A stretch of 61,341 nt of DNA, filler included, from Candidatus Omnitrophota bacterium (GCA_015233495.1; 5 parts of 5 records of this genome joined end to end with filler, not necessarily neighbours in it); one strand, 5' to 3'; positions 1-10,847 are shown, numbered from the whole stretch's first letter. Notes: generated by a model from the letters alone, not told the origin. Numbers and translations are program-made.

Positions 1-89
1 GTGACCTCCGCAAAAGTTGAATCACCACACAAGCAGAAATGGACGCCCCAACCCGGTCAACCCTGCCCCGGACAAGGCCAATTAGCAAA

Positions 90-119
90 AGGGTAACATA
101 ACTATTGTTTAAATGTCAA
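90..119 (-). promoter_or_regulatory. Putative sigma70 promoter for a gene left of the window
   Basis: Minus strand TTGACA (119-114), 18-nt spacer, TGn-TACCCT (95-90); GGAGG RBS-like motif at the window edge. Confidence 0.4.
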
Positions 120-186
120 TAAAAATTTTTTTGAAGGAAAAAATTTTCCCGCGGCACTGAGAAAAATCTTTACTGGGGGCTGATTC

Positions 187-1362
187 TTAAGCTGAATAAA
201 CCCGGGGCAAACGGCTGCCGAAACTGCAGGTAATTTCATAGGGTATGGTTTGGCCGTACTGGGCCAATTCATCAGCGGAAATCGAGGCCTTGCCTTGAGT
301 TCCCATGACGGTCACCACCGTGCCGAGTTTAACTCCGGTCAAATCCGTGACATCGACCATGATCTGATCCATGGTGACCGTGCCCAACACCGGGCAGTGC
401 CGGCCATTGATCAACACCGAAGCGCGGTTGGAGAACATCCGGAAATACCCGTCGTGATAACCGAGCGGTATCACGGCGACCCGCATATCTTTTTGCGAAA
501 AAAACGTGCGGCCATAACTAATGCTGCGGCCTTTGGCGACTTCTTTTAAAAAAATAACGCGGGATTTGACGCTCATCACCGGGCGCAGATTGATCGCGTT
601 CCGGGCCGCGGCGTGCGGATAAAGGCCATAAAGCATAATGCCCGGGCGGCAAAGATTCAAAACCCTGGTTTCATACCCGGCCAAACCCATGCTGTTTGCC
701 GCGTGAATATAAGGAATAACCAATCCGGACAGGTCGAGTTTGATGACCAGATCATATAAAATTTTGATCTGGGACAAGGTAAACCGTTTATCGGTGTCTG
801 CCGACGGAAAATGCGTCATCAGCCCCATGATCCGCAAGCGGCGCAAAGACATAAGCCGCCTGATAAATGCGAACGCTTCGGCGTGCCAAACGCCTAAGCG
901 CCCCATGCCTGTGTCGATTTTCACATGCGCCTCAATGGATCGCTTTGCCTTTTCCGCGGCGCGGTTCAAGGCTGTCGCCAGCTCCCAATTCCCGATGGCC
1001 GGCATCAAACGATAGCGCAAAATCTCCGGCGCATAATCCGGCAACGTGCTTTCAAACAACAACACGCTCTTCTTGATCCCGATCTCCCGGATCCGTATCC
1101 CTTCCGCGACGTCGGATACTCCAAAAAAATCCACACCGCTCTGGTCGAGCAAAGGCGCGATACGGTCCATACCATGGCCATAGGCGTCCGCTTTCACTAC
1201 GGTCAAAACATTCATCACCGGCGGCCGTTCTTCCTTGGAATACGGGCGGGTCGGCAAGACAAATAAATTGCGCTGAGTCAACCGGCGGATTTCAGAAAGA
1301 TTATGCTTGAGGGCTTTCAGGTCAACTTCAACCCAGGTTAAATGTTTTGTTGGACGCGTCAT
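187..1362 (-). CDS. alr: Alanine racemase
   Basis: PLP-lysine motif VVKADAYGHG, HVKIDTGMGRLG, CRPGIMLYG, SISYG, GTVTMDQ. Confidence 0.97.
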   Translation of the reverse strand: MTRPTKHLTWVEVDLKALKHNLSEIRRLTQRNLFVLPTRPYSKEERPPVMNVLTVVKADAYGHGMDRIAPLLDQSGVDFFGVSDVAEGIRIREIGIKKSVLLFESTLPDYAPEILRYRLMPAIGNWELATALNRAAEKAKRSIEAHVKIDTGMGRLGVWHAEAFAFIRRLMSLRRLRIMGLMTHFPSADTDKRFTLSQIKILYDLVIKLDLSGLVIPYIHAANSMGLAGYETRVLNLCRPGIMLYGLYPHAAARNAINLRPVMSVKSRVIFLKEVAKGRSISYGRTFFSQKDMRVAVIPLGYHDGYFRMFSNRASVLINGRHCPVLGTVTMDQIMVDVTDLTGVKLGTVVTVMGTQGKASISADELAQYGQTIPYEITCSFGSRLPRVYSA

Positions 1363-1370
1363 GGAGAATG

Positions 1371-2054
1371 TTATCCCTTCTTAATTTGACAATCTTCCGG
1401 ATAAAGATACAGCGGGACCAAAAGGCTGCTATCCGCAACCTGTTTTGCCGCGAACCGGTCAAAAACCAAAGCGAAAATATTTTTCGCTTGCGGTAACCAC
1501 AATTTTTTATTGGTGATCCAAAGCGGCTGATTTTTTTGCCCGGTCTTTCGACCCCGGGCCGCCAATAAGGCCAAACCATCGCCGATTAAAATCTGATCTT
1601 GGCTGGATAAACTCTCCGCCGCGGCGATCGGCAGGAGCTGATTATCGCTGATCCGGCGCAGGGTTGCGTCTTTTTTTTCATAAACCGCCGTATATACCAA
1701 ATCCCGCTTCGCGTCACACAAAACGCGCACCCGTCCGTTTGGAGGCGCGTTCAACGCGATCAGGTCTAAACTGCACACCCCGACAACCGGCAAATGCGCG
1801 GTAAAAGCCAAGGCCTTGACCGTAGACAGCCCGACCCGCAGACTGGTGAATGACCCGGGGCCCAAACCCACCGCTATCCCCTCTATATCGGCAAAGGTCA
1901 GGCCCACCAGTTTTAACAAGGCTTGCAAAGCGGGAAGCAGCGCGGAAGATAAAACCCTTTCCTCGGAAAAATTACGAAAACGCAGTACTGCTTTTCCGTC
2001 GGCAATCGCCAAGCTGAATTTTTTCGTGGAAGTTTCAATGGCTAATATTTTCAT
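1371..2054 (-). CDS. tsaB: tRNA t6A biosynthesis protein TsaB
   Basis: MKILAIETS start (ATGA overlap with tsaE stop), GLGPGSFTSLRVG, DAKR, PLYL tail; ORF-track start at 2237 is over-extended. Confidence 0.95.
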   Translation of the reverse strand: MKILAIETSTKKFSLAIADGKAVLRFRNFSEERVLSSALLPALQALLKLVGLTFADIEGIAVGLGPGSFTSLRVGLSTVKALAFTAHLPVVGVCSLDLIALNAPPNGRVRVLCDAKRDLVYTAVYEKKDATLRRISDNQLLPIAAAESLSSQDQILIGDGLALLAARGRKTGQKNQPLWITNKKLWLPQAKNIFALVFDRFAAKQVADSSLLVPLYLYPEDCQIKKG

Positions 2055-2566
2055 ATTTTTGCTGCCGCACAGTGACGGCAATCCGGGCATTTCCCCGGCC
2101 ACGCCTTGGCGATAAATTTTTGCATTTCTTCCGGGCTGTTCAAGGCAATTTTGATTTCCCGCTCGTTTTCCTGACGGTGCGCAAATTCTATTTCTAAACA
2201 GCGCGTGGGCGTAAGCGGCCCCAACTTTTGAGCCCATTCCACGGCACAGACGCCTTTTCCGTAAAAATATTCCTCATAATCCAAAGCTAAAACCTGTTGC
2301 GGTTGATCCAGGCGATAAAGATCAAAGTGATACAGCGTCAAGCGTCCGGGTTTTTCATAAACATTCATCAGCGTGAAGGTCGGGCTGCGCACATCCGCGC
2401 CATTCAATCGCAAACCTTGAGCCACGCCCCGGATAAAAGTTGTTTTCCCTGCGCCCAAATCACCCCGCAAAGCCAAAATATCTCCGGCAACCAAGGCGCG
2501 GCCAATCTCTTCGCCTAAGCGGATAGTTTCTTCATTACTGTGGGAAATAAATTGTATCGACGGCAT
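2051..2566 (-). CDS. tsaE: tRNA t6A ATPase TsaE
   Basis: GDLGAGKTTF, SPTFTL, HFDLYRL, VEWA motifs. Confidence 0.96.
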   Translation of the reverse strand: MPSIQFISHSNEETIRLGEEIGRALVAGDILALRGDLGAGKTTFIRGVAQGLRLNGADVRSPTFTLMNVYEKPGRLTLYHFDLYRLDQPQQVLALDYEEYFYGKGVCAVEWAQKLGPLTPTRCLEIEFAHRQENEREIKIALNSPEEMQKFIAKAWPGKCPDCRHCAAAKI

Positions 2567-2589
2567 GATCAGTTGTAAGTACTAAAAAA

Positions 2590-3489
2590 TTAAAAATGCT
2601 TGTAACTTTTGTTCTCCACCGGCAAGCAACGGCCGTAACGTTTTTTTATTAAATAGCCTTTTGCCGCTTCCTGAATTTCGCCAATCCGATAAAAATGATA
2701 CAGTGTTTTGGTCTTAAGCAATTGCGCCGCGGGTTTTTGCGCAAGGGTAAAAATCAGCTCAAAATCTTCTCCGTCATATAACGCATTGTCAATAATCGCG
2801 CCTTTGCGCAGCGGAATCGCCGACTCTTCAATGACCGCGCCAACCTTACTCTGGGCCAAAATATGCCCCAAGTCCGAAGCGAGCCCGTCAGAAACATCAA
2901 TCATCGCGGTCGGAAGAAAATGTTCAACCAAATACCGAGCCTCTTTCACGCGCGGCAGGAATTTTAAATGCCCACCGCTTGTGAGCGACCCTCCCAAAGG
3001 TCCGGTCACCAAAATCTGATCCCCCGGTTTCGCTCCGCCGCGGGAAACAACCTGTCCCGCCTTTCCTTCCCCGGTCAAAGCCACATTGATCACAATCTTA
3101 TCATTGCGGACCGTATCCCCGCCGACAATGTCCAACGCGAAAGCCGCGGCCGCTTCGCGCAGACCGCGAAAAAGATCATCCACAAAAACCGTTTCGAGGT
3201 TTCCCGGCACGGCTAAAGAAATCAAAGCAAACCGCGGTATCCCGCCCATGGCCGCAATATCGCTGACACTGCAATTCATAGCTTTACGGCCGATCAACCG
3301 CGCCGTCATATCTTTAGTAAAATGCACACCCTCAACCAGCATATCAGTAGTAAGCAGCAACTGCTGCCCCGCAACCAGCGAAACCACAGCCGCGTCATCC
3401 CCAATCCCGATCACAGTCCGAGCCGAGTTCTTCACCGACCGCCGAATCCTCTCAATCAGCCCAAACTCCCCCAACCCGGTTAATCTCAT
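2590..3489 (-). CDS. thiL: Thiamine-monophosphate kinase
   Basis: GEFGLI, GIGDDAA, TTDMLVEGVHF, SDIAAMGG, IDVSDGL, GEDFEL. Confidence 0.96.
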   Translation of the reverse strand: MRLTGLGEFGLIERIRRSVKNSARTVIGIGDDAAVVSLVAGQQLLLTTDMLVEGVHFTKDMTARLIGRKAMNCSVSDIAAMGGIPRFALISLAVPGNLETVFVDDLFRGLREAAAAFALDIVGGDTVRNDKIVINVALTGEGKAGQVVSRGGAKPGDQILVTGPLGGSLTSGGHLKFLPRVKEARYLVEHFLPTAMIDVSDGLASDLGHILAQSKVGAVIEESAIPLRKGAIIDNALYDGEDFELIFTLAQKPAAQLLKTKTLYHFYRIGEIQEAAKGYLIKKRYGRCLPVENKSYKHF

Positions 3490-3523
3490 TATTTTTCCCT
3501 ATCAAATAAACTTGGTCGGGCGC

Positions 3524-3544
3524 GCCTGCCTGCCGCAGGCAGGC
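3524..3544. repeat. REP-like short palindrome GCCTGCCTGCCGCAGGCAGGC
   Basis: Perfect inverted repeat just after the mtnA stop; related copies at 28721-28750 and 33569-33588. Confidence 0.7.
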
Positions 3545-3546
3545 CT

Positions 3547-4656
3547 TTATCGAAACGCGTTACCACATGAACGGACGCCTCGCGGCTCCAACGTCGATCC
3601 CACTGAAACGCTCAATTTCACATTCCGACGATTCACCGGAGCAATAATCCCGCGTTCCGTAATAATGCCCGTAATGAGCGAATGATCCGTCACATCAAAC
3701 GCCGGATTATAAACCTTTACCCCCGGAGTCGCTGTGCGCGCTCCCCCAAACCCCGTTACCTCATCCGGATGCCGCTCCTCAATCGGGATTTTTGACCCGT
3801 CGGTAATCGAGAGATCAAACGTCGTAGAAGGCGCCGCGATATAAAACGGGATCTTATGATACTTCGCGAGCACCGCCAGCATATACGTGCCGATTTTATT
3901 CGCGCTGTCGCCGTTCGCCGAGATCCGGTCCGCTCCGGTGATCACCACATCCACCTTGCCCTGCTGCATCAAAGTCGCGGCCATATTATCGCAGATCAAT
4001 GTCACATCAATCTTCGCGCGCATCAATTCCCAAGTGGTTAAACGCGCGCCTTGTAAAAGCGGCCGCGTCTCGCACGCATAAACTTTAAAATTTTTCCCCA
4101 GCGCCTTGGCGCTGTACATCACACCCAAAGCCGTGCCATAATCCGCGGTCGCCAAAGCGCCCGCGTTACAAACCGTTAAAACACTCTGTCCATTTTTAAT
4201 CACTGCGGCCCCGTACCGCCCAATATTCCGGCAAAGCGCCCGATCCTCTTCATAAATCGCGAAAGCCTCGGCTATCAATGCTTTTCGCGCCGCCTTAACA
4301 TCCATCCGGCGGCACAATTCAGCCCGCCGCCGCATCCGGCTCAACCCATAAAACAAATTAACCGCAGTCGGCCGCGAAGTCGCGAGATATTCCGCGGTCT
4401 GATGCGCGATAGCGATAAGCTCGCCGACATCCTCGCCCCGATAAGTCTTGATACCCAACACCACCCCAAACCCCGCCGCCACACCGAGAGCCGGAGCCCC
4501 GCGCACCCGCAAAGCCTTAATCGCTTCCCACAAAGTCGCGACATCCCGGCAGTTAATAAAGACAAGTTTGTGCGGCAATCTAGTCTGGTCGATCAATTTC
4601 ACAATCCCTTGAGAATATCTGATTGTTGGAATAGCTGTACTCATAATTCGCGGCAT
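3547..4656 (-). CDS. mtnA: S-methyl-5-thioribose-1-phosphate isomerase
   Basis: DQTRLP, VRGAPA, SRPTAVNL, CNAGALAT, ETRPLLQGARLT, GADRI..NGD.ANKIGT, NPAFDVT; start may be 4644. Confidence 0.96.
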   Translation of the reverse strand: MPRIMSTAIPTIRYSQGIVKLIDQTRLPHKLVFINCRDVATLWEAIKALRVRGAPALGVAAGFGVVLGIKTYRGEDVGELIAIAHQTAEYLATSRPTAVNLFYGLSRMRRRAELCRRMDVKAARKALIAEAFAIYEEDRALCRNIGRYGAAVIKNGQSVLTVCNAGALATADYGTALGVMYSAKALGKNFKVYACETRPLLQGARLTTWELMRAKIDVTLICDNMAATLMQQGKVDVVITGADRISANGDSANKIGTYMLAVLAKYHKIPFYIAAPSTTFDLSITDGSKIPIEERHPDEVTGFGGARTATPGVKVYNPAFDVTDHSLITGIITERGIIAPVNRRNVKLSVSVGSTLEPRGVRSCGNAFR

Positions 4657-4687
4657 TTACCTTGATGATGATCGTTTCTTTCTCATT

Positions 4688-6193
4688 TTAAATCGCAATT
4701 TCTAAACGAGGAAAAAGGGCTTCGTGCGCGGCTAATTTTGTTCCCGGCTTGAGCAAGCCCCATTCTCCGGCGGATCCAACCGCGCCTAAGACTTCCAGAA
4801 CTTGATTCGCTTTTTGCGGCATTACAGGCAGCAGATAAAACGCGGCAATCCGCAGGCCTTCGGTCGCGATGTAAAGAATCGTACCCGCGCGGGTTAAATC
4901 CTCTTTCGCTACTTTCCACGGCGCTTGTTTTTCAACGTAGCGGTTGATCAGACGCACCAAGAGCATGGTTTCGTCAATCGCTTCGTGGATGCGGAATCCG
5001 GCAACCGCGTCCGCGACTTTTTGCGCCAAACCATCCGCGGCAGCTTTGATTTCCTGATCTGCCTCGCTCAGCTCACCGGACGCCGGGACTAGACCATTAA
5101 AATTTTTGCCGATCAGCCCGCTGACCCGGTTGAGCAAATTGCCAAAATCATTGGCGAGGTCGCTGTTGAACCGCTTGATAAAGGATTCCAGCGTGAAATT
5201 CGCGTCCTGGCCCAAAATCATTTCCCGCGTCAAATAATAACGCACCGGGTCAACCCCATATTGATCGACGAGATCCAGCGGATTAACCACGTTGCCCAAC
5301 GATTTACTCATTTTTGATTCACCGGTCAACCACCAACCGTGCGCGAAAATCGTTGTCGGCAAAGGCAGTCCCAGGGCAAAAAGCATCGTTGACCAATACA
5401 CCGAATGCGTTGTTAAAATATCCTTGCCGATCAAATGCACGGACGCCGGCCACCATTGCCCAAACCGCCGGTCATCCGCGATATACCCCGGCCCGGTCAC
5501 ATAATTCAACAACGCGTCAAACCAGACATACGTCACATATTCCGGCGCGAACGGCAATTCAATGCCCCAATTCAACCGTTCTTTCGGACGAGAAATGCAA
5601 AGGTCCCCTAACGGCTGTCGTAAAAAACCGAGGATTTCATTGCGCCGGCTGTCCGGCTGAATAAAGTCCGCGCGCGCTTCAATATACTTGATGAGTTGTT
5701 CCTGGTATTTTCCCATGCGGAAAAACCAATTGCGTTCCGTTAATTGCCGTACATCGCGAAACGCGCCGGAATCTTTTTCCGTTTCCGTAATAAACCGTTC
5801 TTCCGCGACCGAATACCAACCAGCATAATCCGCCGGATAAATGTCGCCCTGGTCATAAAGTCTTTGTAAAACCGCGCGCACCACGTTAATATGCCGCGGC
5901 TGGGTCGTGCGGAGAAAATCGTCGTATTGAATTTCCAGCCGTTCCCATAACCGCGAAAACCGCAGCGCGTACTCATCGCAATGGGCCTGCGGCGCAACCC
6001 CGCGTTTTTCAGCAGCCTGCTGAACTTTCTGGCCGTGTTCATCGACGCCGGTTAAAAAAAATACCGCTTCGCCTAAGGCCCGATGATACCGCGCCAAAAC
6101 ATCCGCCAAAATCGTTGTATAAGCGTGTCCGATATGCGGCTGATCATTAACATAATAAATCGGCGTGGTGACATAAAAATAAGGGCGCGGCAT
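4688..6193 (-). CDS. metG: Methionine--tRNA ligase (short form)
   Basis: TTPIYYVN, HIGH, GVDEHGQK, YVWFDAL, KMSKS; ends at LFPR with no C-terminal tRNA-binding domain. Confidence 0.97.
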   Translation of the reverse strand: MPRPYFYVTTPIYYVNDQPHIGHAYTTILADVLARYHRALGEAVFFLTGVDEHGQKVQQAAEKRGVAPQAHCDEYALRFSRLWERLEIQYDDFLRTTQPRHINVVRAVLQRLYDQGDIYPADYAGWYSVAEERFITETEKDSGAFRDVRQLTERNWFFRMGKYQEQLIKYIEARADFIQPDSRRNEILGFLRQPLGDLCISRPKERLNWGIELPFAPEYVTYVWFDALLNYVTGPGYIADDRRFGQWWPASVHLIGKDILTTHSVYWSTMLFALGLPLPTTIFAHGWWLTGESKMSKSLGNVVNPLDLVDQYGVDPVRYYLTREMILGQDANFTLESFIKRFNSDLANDFGNLLNRVSGLIGKNFNGLVPASGELSEADQEIKAAADGLAQKVADAVAGFRIHEAIDETMLLVRLINRYVEKQAPWKVAKEDLTRAGTILYIATEGLRIAAFYLLPVMPQKANQVLEVLGAVGSAGEWGLLKPGTKLAAHEALFPRLEIAI

Positions 6194-7083
6194 TATTCTT
6201 TGCCCTCCAAGCGGCGCAGTTCTTTGGTTTCCCGGGCGTCATCCTCCGGCCCGGGAAGCAAAGGTTCCAAAGGTTCATCCTTGCGGTCTTTGCCCGCCCG
6301 TTTCGGATATTCGACTTTCACGATCATCCCCTCACCCACATCCACGTGAACAACCCGTTTCAGAATATTGACATCCACTACCCGGCCTTTGGCCTGAGCC
6401 GTCTCCACCCGGTCCCCCAAACGCGGCAACCCCCGGCTTAATTCCCGATAAACCTGAAACTCATACGCCATGCAGCACTTGATCCGGCCGCAATTGCCTA
6501 AAGTGCGCGACGGAGTTAAAGGCAATCCTTGCTCTTTTACCATCCGGATCGATAAGGGGTGAAACCCATTGATATAAGACGAACAACAAAACTCCCGGCC
6601 GCACAACCCGTGGCCTTTGACGATTTTCGCCCGGTCGCGGACCCCGATCTGTTTTAGTTCAATCCGCACGCGGAACACGCGCGCCAAATCCTTGACAAGA
6701 CTGCGAAAATCCACCCGGCCGTCCGAAGTGAAAAAGAAAACAATTTTGCTGCTGTCAAACGTGTATTCCGACTTTACTACCTTCATGTCCAATTTGCGCT
6801 CGTCTATTTTGCGCAAGCAGGCGCTCAATCCGTCAACTGCCTTCATCCGGTTATTGGCGATCTGTTTCAGGTCGCCTTCCGTGGCTTTCCGGATAATCTT
6901 GCCTTTGGGCGATTCTTTTTTCCCCTGAAAATCCCGTTCGACGTCCGAGACAATACGACCGAATTCCGAGCCGCGGTCGACTTCTAAAATCACGATATCC
7001 CCCCGTTGATACGTCCCGTCCGTAAATTCATAAAAATATACGGGCCGATATTCCCCCGTCTGCACTTGCGCGATTTTGACCAT
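6193..7083 (-). CDS. ricT: PSP1/YaaT (RicT) family protein
   Basis: RVDFRSLVKDLA..F..RIELKQIGVRD, CGREFCC, CGRIKCCMAYE; located between holB and metG; likely start MVKIAQ at 7083. Confidence 0.9.
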   Translation of the reverse strand: MVKIAQVQTGEYRPVYFYEFTDGTYQRGDIVILEVDRGSEFGRIVSDVERDFQGKKESPKGKIIRKATEGDLKQIANNRMKAVDGLSACLRKIDERKLDMKVVKSEYTFDSSKIVFFFTSDGRVDFRSLVKDLARVFRVRIELKQIGVRDRAKIVKGHGLCGREFCCSSYINGFHPLSIRMVKEQGLPLTPSRTLGNCGRIKCCMAYEFQVYRELSRGLPRLGDRVETAQAKGRVVDVNILKRVVHVDVGEGMIVKVEYPKRAGKDRKDEPLEPLLPGPEDDARETKELRRLEGKE

Positions 7084-7127
7084 TTCCCGACAACCTTTCT
7101 TTAATAGTTTCCCGCGGCAACAAAAAT

Positions 7128-8138
7128 TCAATCCCGTTTGATCAGCATCCGTATAATGTTCAATTGGACCCGGACATTAAATCCGTCCTGCAGCAACCGC
7201 AGTCCTTTGATTATCTCTTGATCAAAATCCTCCAGCTCCCGAAACGAATAACGGGCCGCAAAACGCGTTAAGGCTTCCCCAAGATCCCGATGCATCAAAC
7301 GCTCGGCGGCAGTTCCGGTTTTTAGCAATAAACCATCGCGGACCCAGCTGCGTAAGACAGCCAAAAAATCCCGGGTCGCCCCTTTATCATTGGTTAAGTC
7401 CTTGATCCAATCGTCGCCGCATTCCGAAAATAAAAAATCGTCCAGCCATTCCTTTTTTTTCTGAAAAATCCCGGCTTCCCGCATTTGCTTGGCCTGTCCG
7501 GGACAACCTTCCGCGTAATACGCTAAAAAATGCGCTTCCTTTTCTTCCCAACCGTCACGTTTGAGCCGCGCCGCCAGTTCGTCCACCCCGATCGGATGAA
7601 AATACACCATTTGACAGCGGGAACGGATCGTGTCTAAATTCGCTTCCGGCGCGCCCGTAGTTAAAATGATCAGCGTGTCCGAGGAAGGCTCTTCTAAATT
7701 TTTTAAAAACGCGTTCGACGCTTCGGTCGTCATCACTTCGGCGTTGCGCACGATAAACACTTTCCGGCGGCCATAAAACGATCTTAGCCTGGCCCGGCTG
7801 AGCAACCCGCGAATCTGTTCGATCTTGATCGACGCTTCCTCGCCCTGGTCCGTCACCATCACATCCGGATGGCTTGCTGACGCGATTTTTACGCATCCCG
7901 GGCAAACCCCGCAAAAAAATTGTCCCGCTGCCCGGTCCGGAGTTTCGCATTGAATCATTTTTGCCACAGCCAAAGCCGTGGACATTTTCCCGATCCCTGC
8001 CGGACCGACGAACAGATAGGCGTGCGCCAACCGCCCTTTTGCCAGCAAATCGTGAAACCGGGTTAATACCGATTCCTGGATATCTATAGCTTTGAGCGGC
8101 AGATCGGTCAGAGACAATTTTATGAGTCCGGATACCAT
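7128..8138 (-). CDS. holB: DNA polymerase III subunit delta-prime
   Basis: HAYLFVGPAGIGK, CGVCPGC, HPDV, SNAFLKNLEEP, TIRSRC; follows tmk. Confidence 0.94.
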   Translation of the reverse strand: MVSGLIKLSLTDLPLKAIDIQESVLTRFHDLLAKGRLAHAYLFVGPAGIGKMSTALAVAKMIQCETPDRAAGQFFCGVCPGCVKIASASHPDVMVTDQGEEASIKIEQIRGLLSRARLRSFYGRRKVFIVRNAEVMTTEASNAFLKNLEEPSSDTLIILTTGAPEANLDTIRSRCQMVYFHPIGVDELAARLKRDGWEEKEAHFLAYYAEGCPGQAKQMREAGIFQKKKEWLDDFLFSECGDDWIKDLTNDKGATRDFLAVLRSWVRDGLLLKTGTAAERLMHRDLGEALTRFAARYSFRELEDFDQEIIKGLRLLQDGFNVRVQLNIIRMLIKRD

Positions 8139-8154
8139 CGTTGTCGAGACGCCC

Positions 8155-8784
8155 TCACAATTTTAACGCTTGATCTATATATCCACGCACAATTTCATGC
8201 ACGCGCTCTTTGCTCTCCTCCACCGGAATCAATTTGACCCGTGCGGATTCGTCCGCCGCAATCTTCCGATATCCTTGACGGACACGCTGGTGATACGCGA
8301 GTGAACGCAATTCAATGCGGTCTTTTTCCCGGCGGATGCGTTGGAGGCCTTCCGCCGTGTCCAGGTCGAACACCAAGGTTAAATCCGGGACAATGCCTTG
8401 CGTCGCAAACCGGCCGAGGCGACGGATCAAATCCAAATCCAAACCATGTCCATATCCTTGATAAGCCAAAGTCGAATCTAAATAACGATCGCATAAAATA
8501 ATTTTACCGGCGTCCAGCGCCGGGGCAATGACTTCCTTGACCAATTGACTGCGGGCCGCCATATAAAGCAGCATTTCGCACTCATTGGTCATTTCCGCGC
8601 TTTTCACGTCTAACAAAATATCGCGGATCCGTTCGCTGACTTTTACGCCTCCCGGTTCCCGGGTCAAAATTACCGGCCTTCCCGGTTTGGACAAATATTG
8701 CCGGGCCATTTCGATCTGCGTGCTTTTGCCCGAGCCTTCGGGACCTTCAAATGTGATCAAGACCCCTTTCACGCTCGTCTCCAC
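8155..8784 (-). CDS. tmk: Thymidylate kinase
   Basis: ITFEGPEGSGKSTQ, TREPGG, CDRYLDSTLAYQG. Confidence 0.97.
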   Translation of the reverse strand: METSVKGVLITFEGPEGSGKSTQIEMARQYLSKPGRPVILTREPGGVKVSERIRDILLDVKSAEMTNECEMLLYMAARSQLVKEVIAPALDAGKIILCDRYLDSTLAYQGYGHGLDLDLIRRLGRFATQGIVPDLTLVFDLDTAEGLQRIRREKDRIELRSLAYHQRVRQGYRKIAADESARVKLIPVEESKERVHEIVRGYIDQALKL

Positions 8785-10133
8785 GTTTGGCCGTTTTTCC
8801 CGTCTTCGACGATGATGCCTTTTTGTTTTAACTGTTCCCGCAGTTCATCAGATTTTTTAAAATTTTTTTGCGCCCGGGCTTGCTCCCGTTCTTTTAACAA
8901 CTCTGCCTCGTCTGCTTCGAGAACCGCTTGCTCAGAGAGCAAAGATAACCCTAATAAATTTTGTCCCAACCAAAAAACCAGCCCGGCCGCCTCTCGCGCT
9001 TGCAAAGTCCCTGGGTGCCGGTTGGCATATCCGACCAATTCAAACATACCCGCCAAAGCTTCCGGAGTGTTAAAATCGTCGTCCATTGCCGCGATAAATT
9101 TCGCATAGATAGACGCAACCTCCGTATGCTTCACCTCCGGATTTCCGGTTAAGGCGGGCTCCCGCGCCAGAAGAATATGAATCCGCTCCAACGCTTTGGC
9201 CGCTTCCTGCATTTTAACTTCATTAAAATCCATATCACTCGCGTAATGCGACGCGCAAAAAAACATTTTCAAAGGATCTGCCCCATATCGGCCAACCGCG
9301 TCCTGCAGGGTAATAAAATTCCCCAATGACTTGGACATCTTCTGGCCCTGGATCGTCACCAAACCATGATGGATCCACGTCCGCGCAAACAGCTTTCCCG
9401 TCAAGGCTTCGCTTTGCGCGATTTCATTTTCGTGATGCGGAAAAACCAAATCCCGTCCGCCCGCGTGGATATCCAAAGTCGCGCAGTTTAAATATTTCAT
9501 GCTCATAACCGAGCACTCAATATGCCAACCCGGACGGCCCGGTCCCCAGGGACTCGGCCAAAACGGTTCCTCGGGCTTGGCCTGTTTCCATAAGGCAAAA
9601 TCCAAGGGATCTTCTTTCTTCGGGTCATGATCAATCCGGACGGCCTCCCGCATTTGGTCCACGCTTTGGCCGGATAATTTGCCATAATCCTTAAACGACC
9701 GCACCCGGAAATACACATCCCCGTCAGCAACATAGGCAAACCCCTGCTGAATCAACGCCTGGATATGCGCGATCATCTCCGAAATATTTTCCGTGGCGCG
9801 CGGTTCCTTGTCCGCCGGAGCAATTCCCAAAGCGGTCAAGTCCTGCCGGTATTTCTGAATATTTTCCGCGGCGACTTGCGCAGCGGTTTTCCCGAGTTTA
9901 ATCCCTCGCTGGATTATTTTGTCGTCGATATCGGTGATATTCCGGACAAAAGTCACCGCGTAACCCCGCCAGCGCAAATACCGCGCCATCAGGTCAAACA
10001 GATATAGACTGCGGGCATGGCCGATATGGCATTGATCGTACACCGTGACCCCGCAAGAATAAAAACGGACCTGGTTCCCGGTTAAGGGGACAAACTCCTC
10101 TTTCTGCCGCGTTAAAGAATTATAAAATTTCAC
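8769..10133 (-). CDS. cysS: Cysteine--tRNA ligase
   Basis: [32 protein letters not shown]. Confidence 0.97.
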   Translation of the reverse strand: MKFYNSLTRQKEEFVPLTGNQVRFYSCGVTVYDQCHIGHARSLYLFDLMARYLRWRGYAVTFVRNITDIDDKIIQRGIKLGKTAAQVAAENIQKYRQDLTALGIAPADKEPRATENISEMIAHIQALIQQGFAYVADGDVYFRVRSFKDYGKLSGQSVDQMREAVRIDHDPKKEDPLDFALWKQAKPEEPFWPSPWGPGRPGWHIECSVMSMKYLNCATLDIHAGGRDLVFPHHENEIAQSEALTGKLFARTWIHHGLVTIQGQKMSKSLGNFITLQDAVGRYGADPLKMFFCASHYASDMDFNEVKMQEAAKALERIHILLAREPALTGNPEVKHTEVASIYAKFIAAMDDDFNTPEALAGMFELVGYANRHPGTLQAREAAGLVFWLGQNLLGLSLLSEQAVLEADEAELLKEREQARAQKNFKKSDELREQLKQKGIIVEDGKNGQTWRRA

Positions 10134-10816
10134 GGTTTTGCCTTTTGTTCTAATTCATTCAACCGGCGTTGTAATTCTTCGATCTGCTGTTTAACCGGAT
10201 CCAAAACACGCGCGTGGTCCATCATGATGTCAATCCGTTTGCCGTCCTGCTTAGTCACCCGGGCCGGAACGCCGACTACGGTGGAATTTTCCGGCATGGA
10301 TTCCAAAACTACCGCGTTCGCGCCGACATAGGAATTCGAGCCGATCTCGATGTTTCCCAAAATTTTCGCGCCGGTCCCTACCACGACATTGTCGCCGATT
10401 GTGGGATGCCGTTTGCCGGTTTCTTTTCCCGTGCCGCCTAAGGTCACTCCCTGAAACAAAGTCACCTGATCGCCGATTACCGCGGTTTCGCCGATCACCA
10501 CCCCCATCCCGTGATCAATAAAAAACCCTTTGCCAATCACAGCGCCGGGATGGATTTCAATGCCGGTCAGCGCTCGGGCGGATTGCGAGACAAACCGGGC
10601 TAAAAATTTCAAACGCCGCAACCAGAGCTCGTGAGCAATCCGGTAAGCCACCAGCGCATGCAGACCCGGATACAAAAGAATAATCTCCAAATAACTGCGC
10701 GCCGCCGGGTCTTTGTCCTTGGTAGCGCGCACTTCTTCCGAAAAGAAAAACGCGATCAAAAACGCGGAGGCCAAAACAATAGCGGCTAAAAAACACAGAG
10801 CGATTAAAAATTCCAT
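10130..10816 (-). CDS. cysE: Serine O-acetyltransferase with N-terminal hydrophobic segment
   Basis: [41 protein letters not shown]; adjacent to cysS. Confidence 0.94.
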   Translation of the reverse strand: MEFLIALCFLAAIVLASAFLIAFFFSEEVRATKDKDPAARSYLEIILLYPGLHALVAYRIAHELWLRRLKFLARFVSQSARALTGIEIHPGAVIGKGFFIDHGMGVVIGETAVIGDQVTLFQGVTLGGTGKETGKRHPTIGDNVVVGTGAKILGNIEIGSNSYVGANAVVLESMPENSTVVGVPARVTKQDGKRIDIMMDHARVLDPVKQQIEELQRRLNELEQKAKP

Positions 10817-10847
10817 AAATATCTCCTTGTTTGAAAAGAAACTCTAT

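Noticed and set aside
1..89. Riboswitch or ncRNA in the GC-rich leader at the window start
   Set aside because: No consensus I recognise and the downstream gene is outside the window; needs an Rfam search
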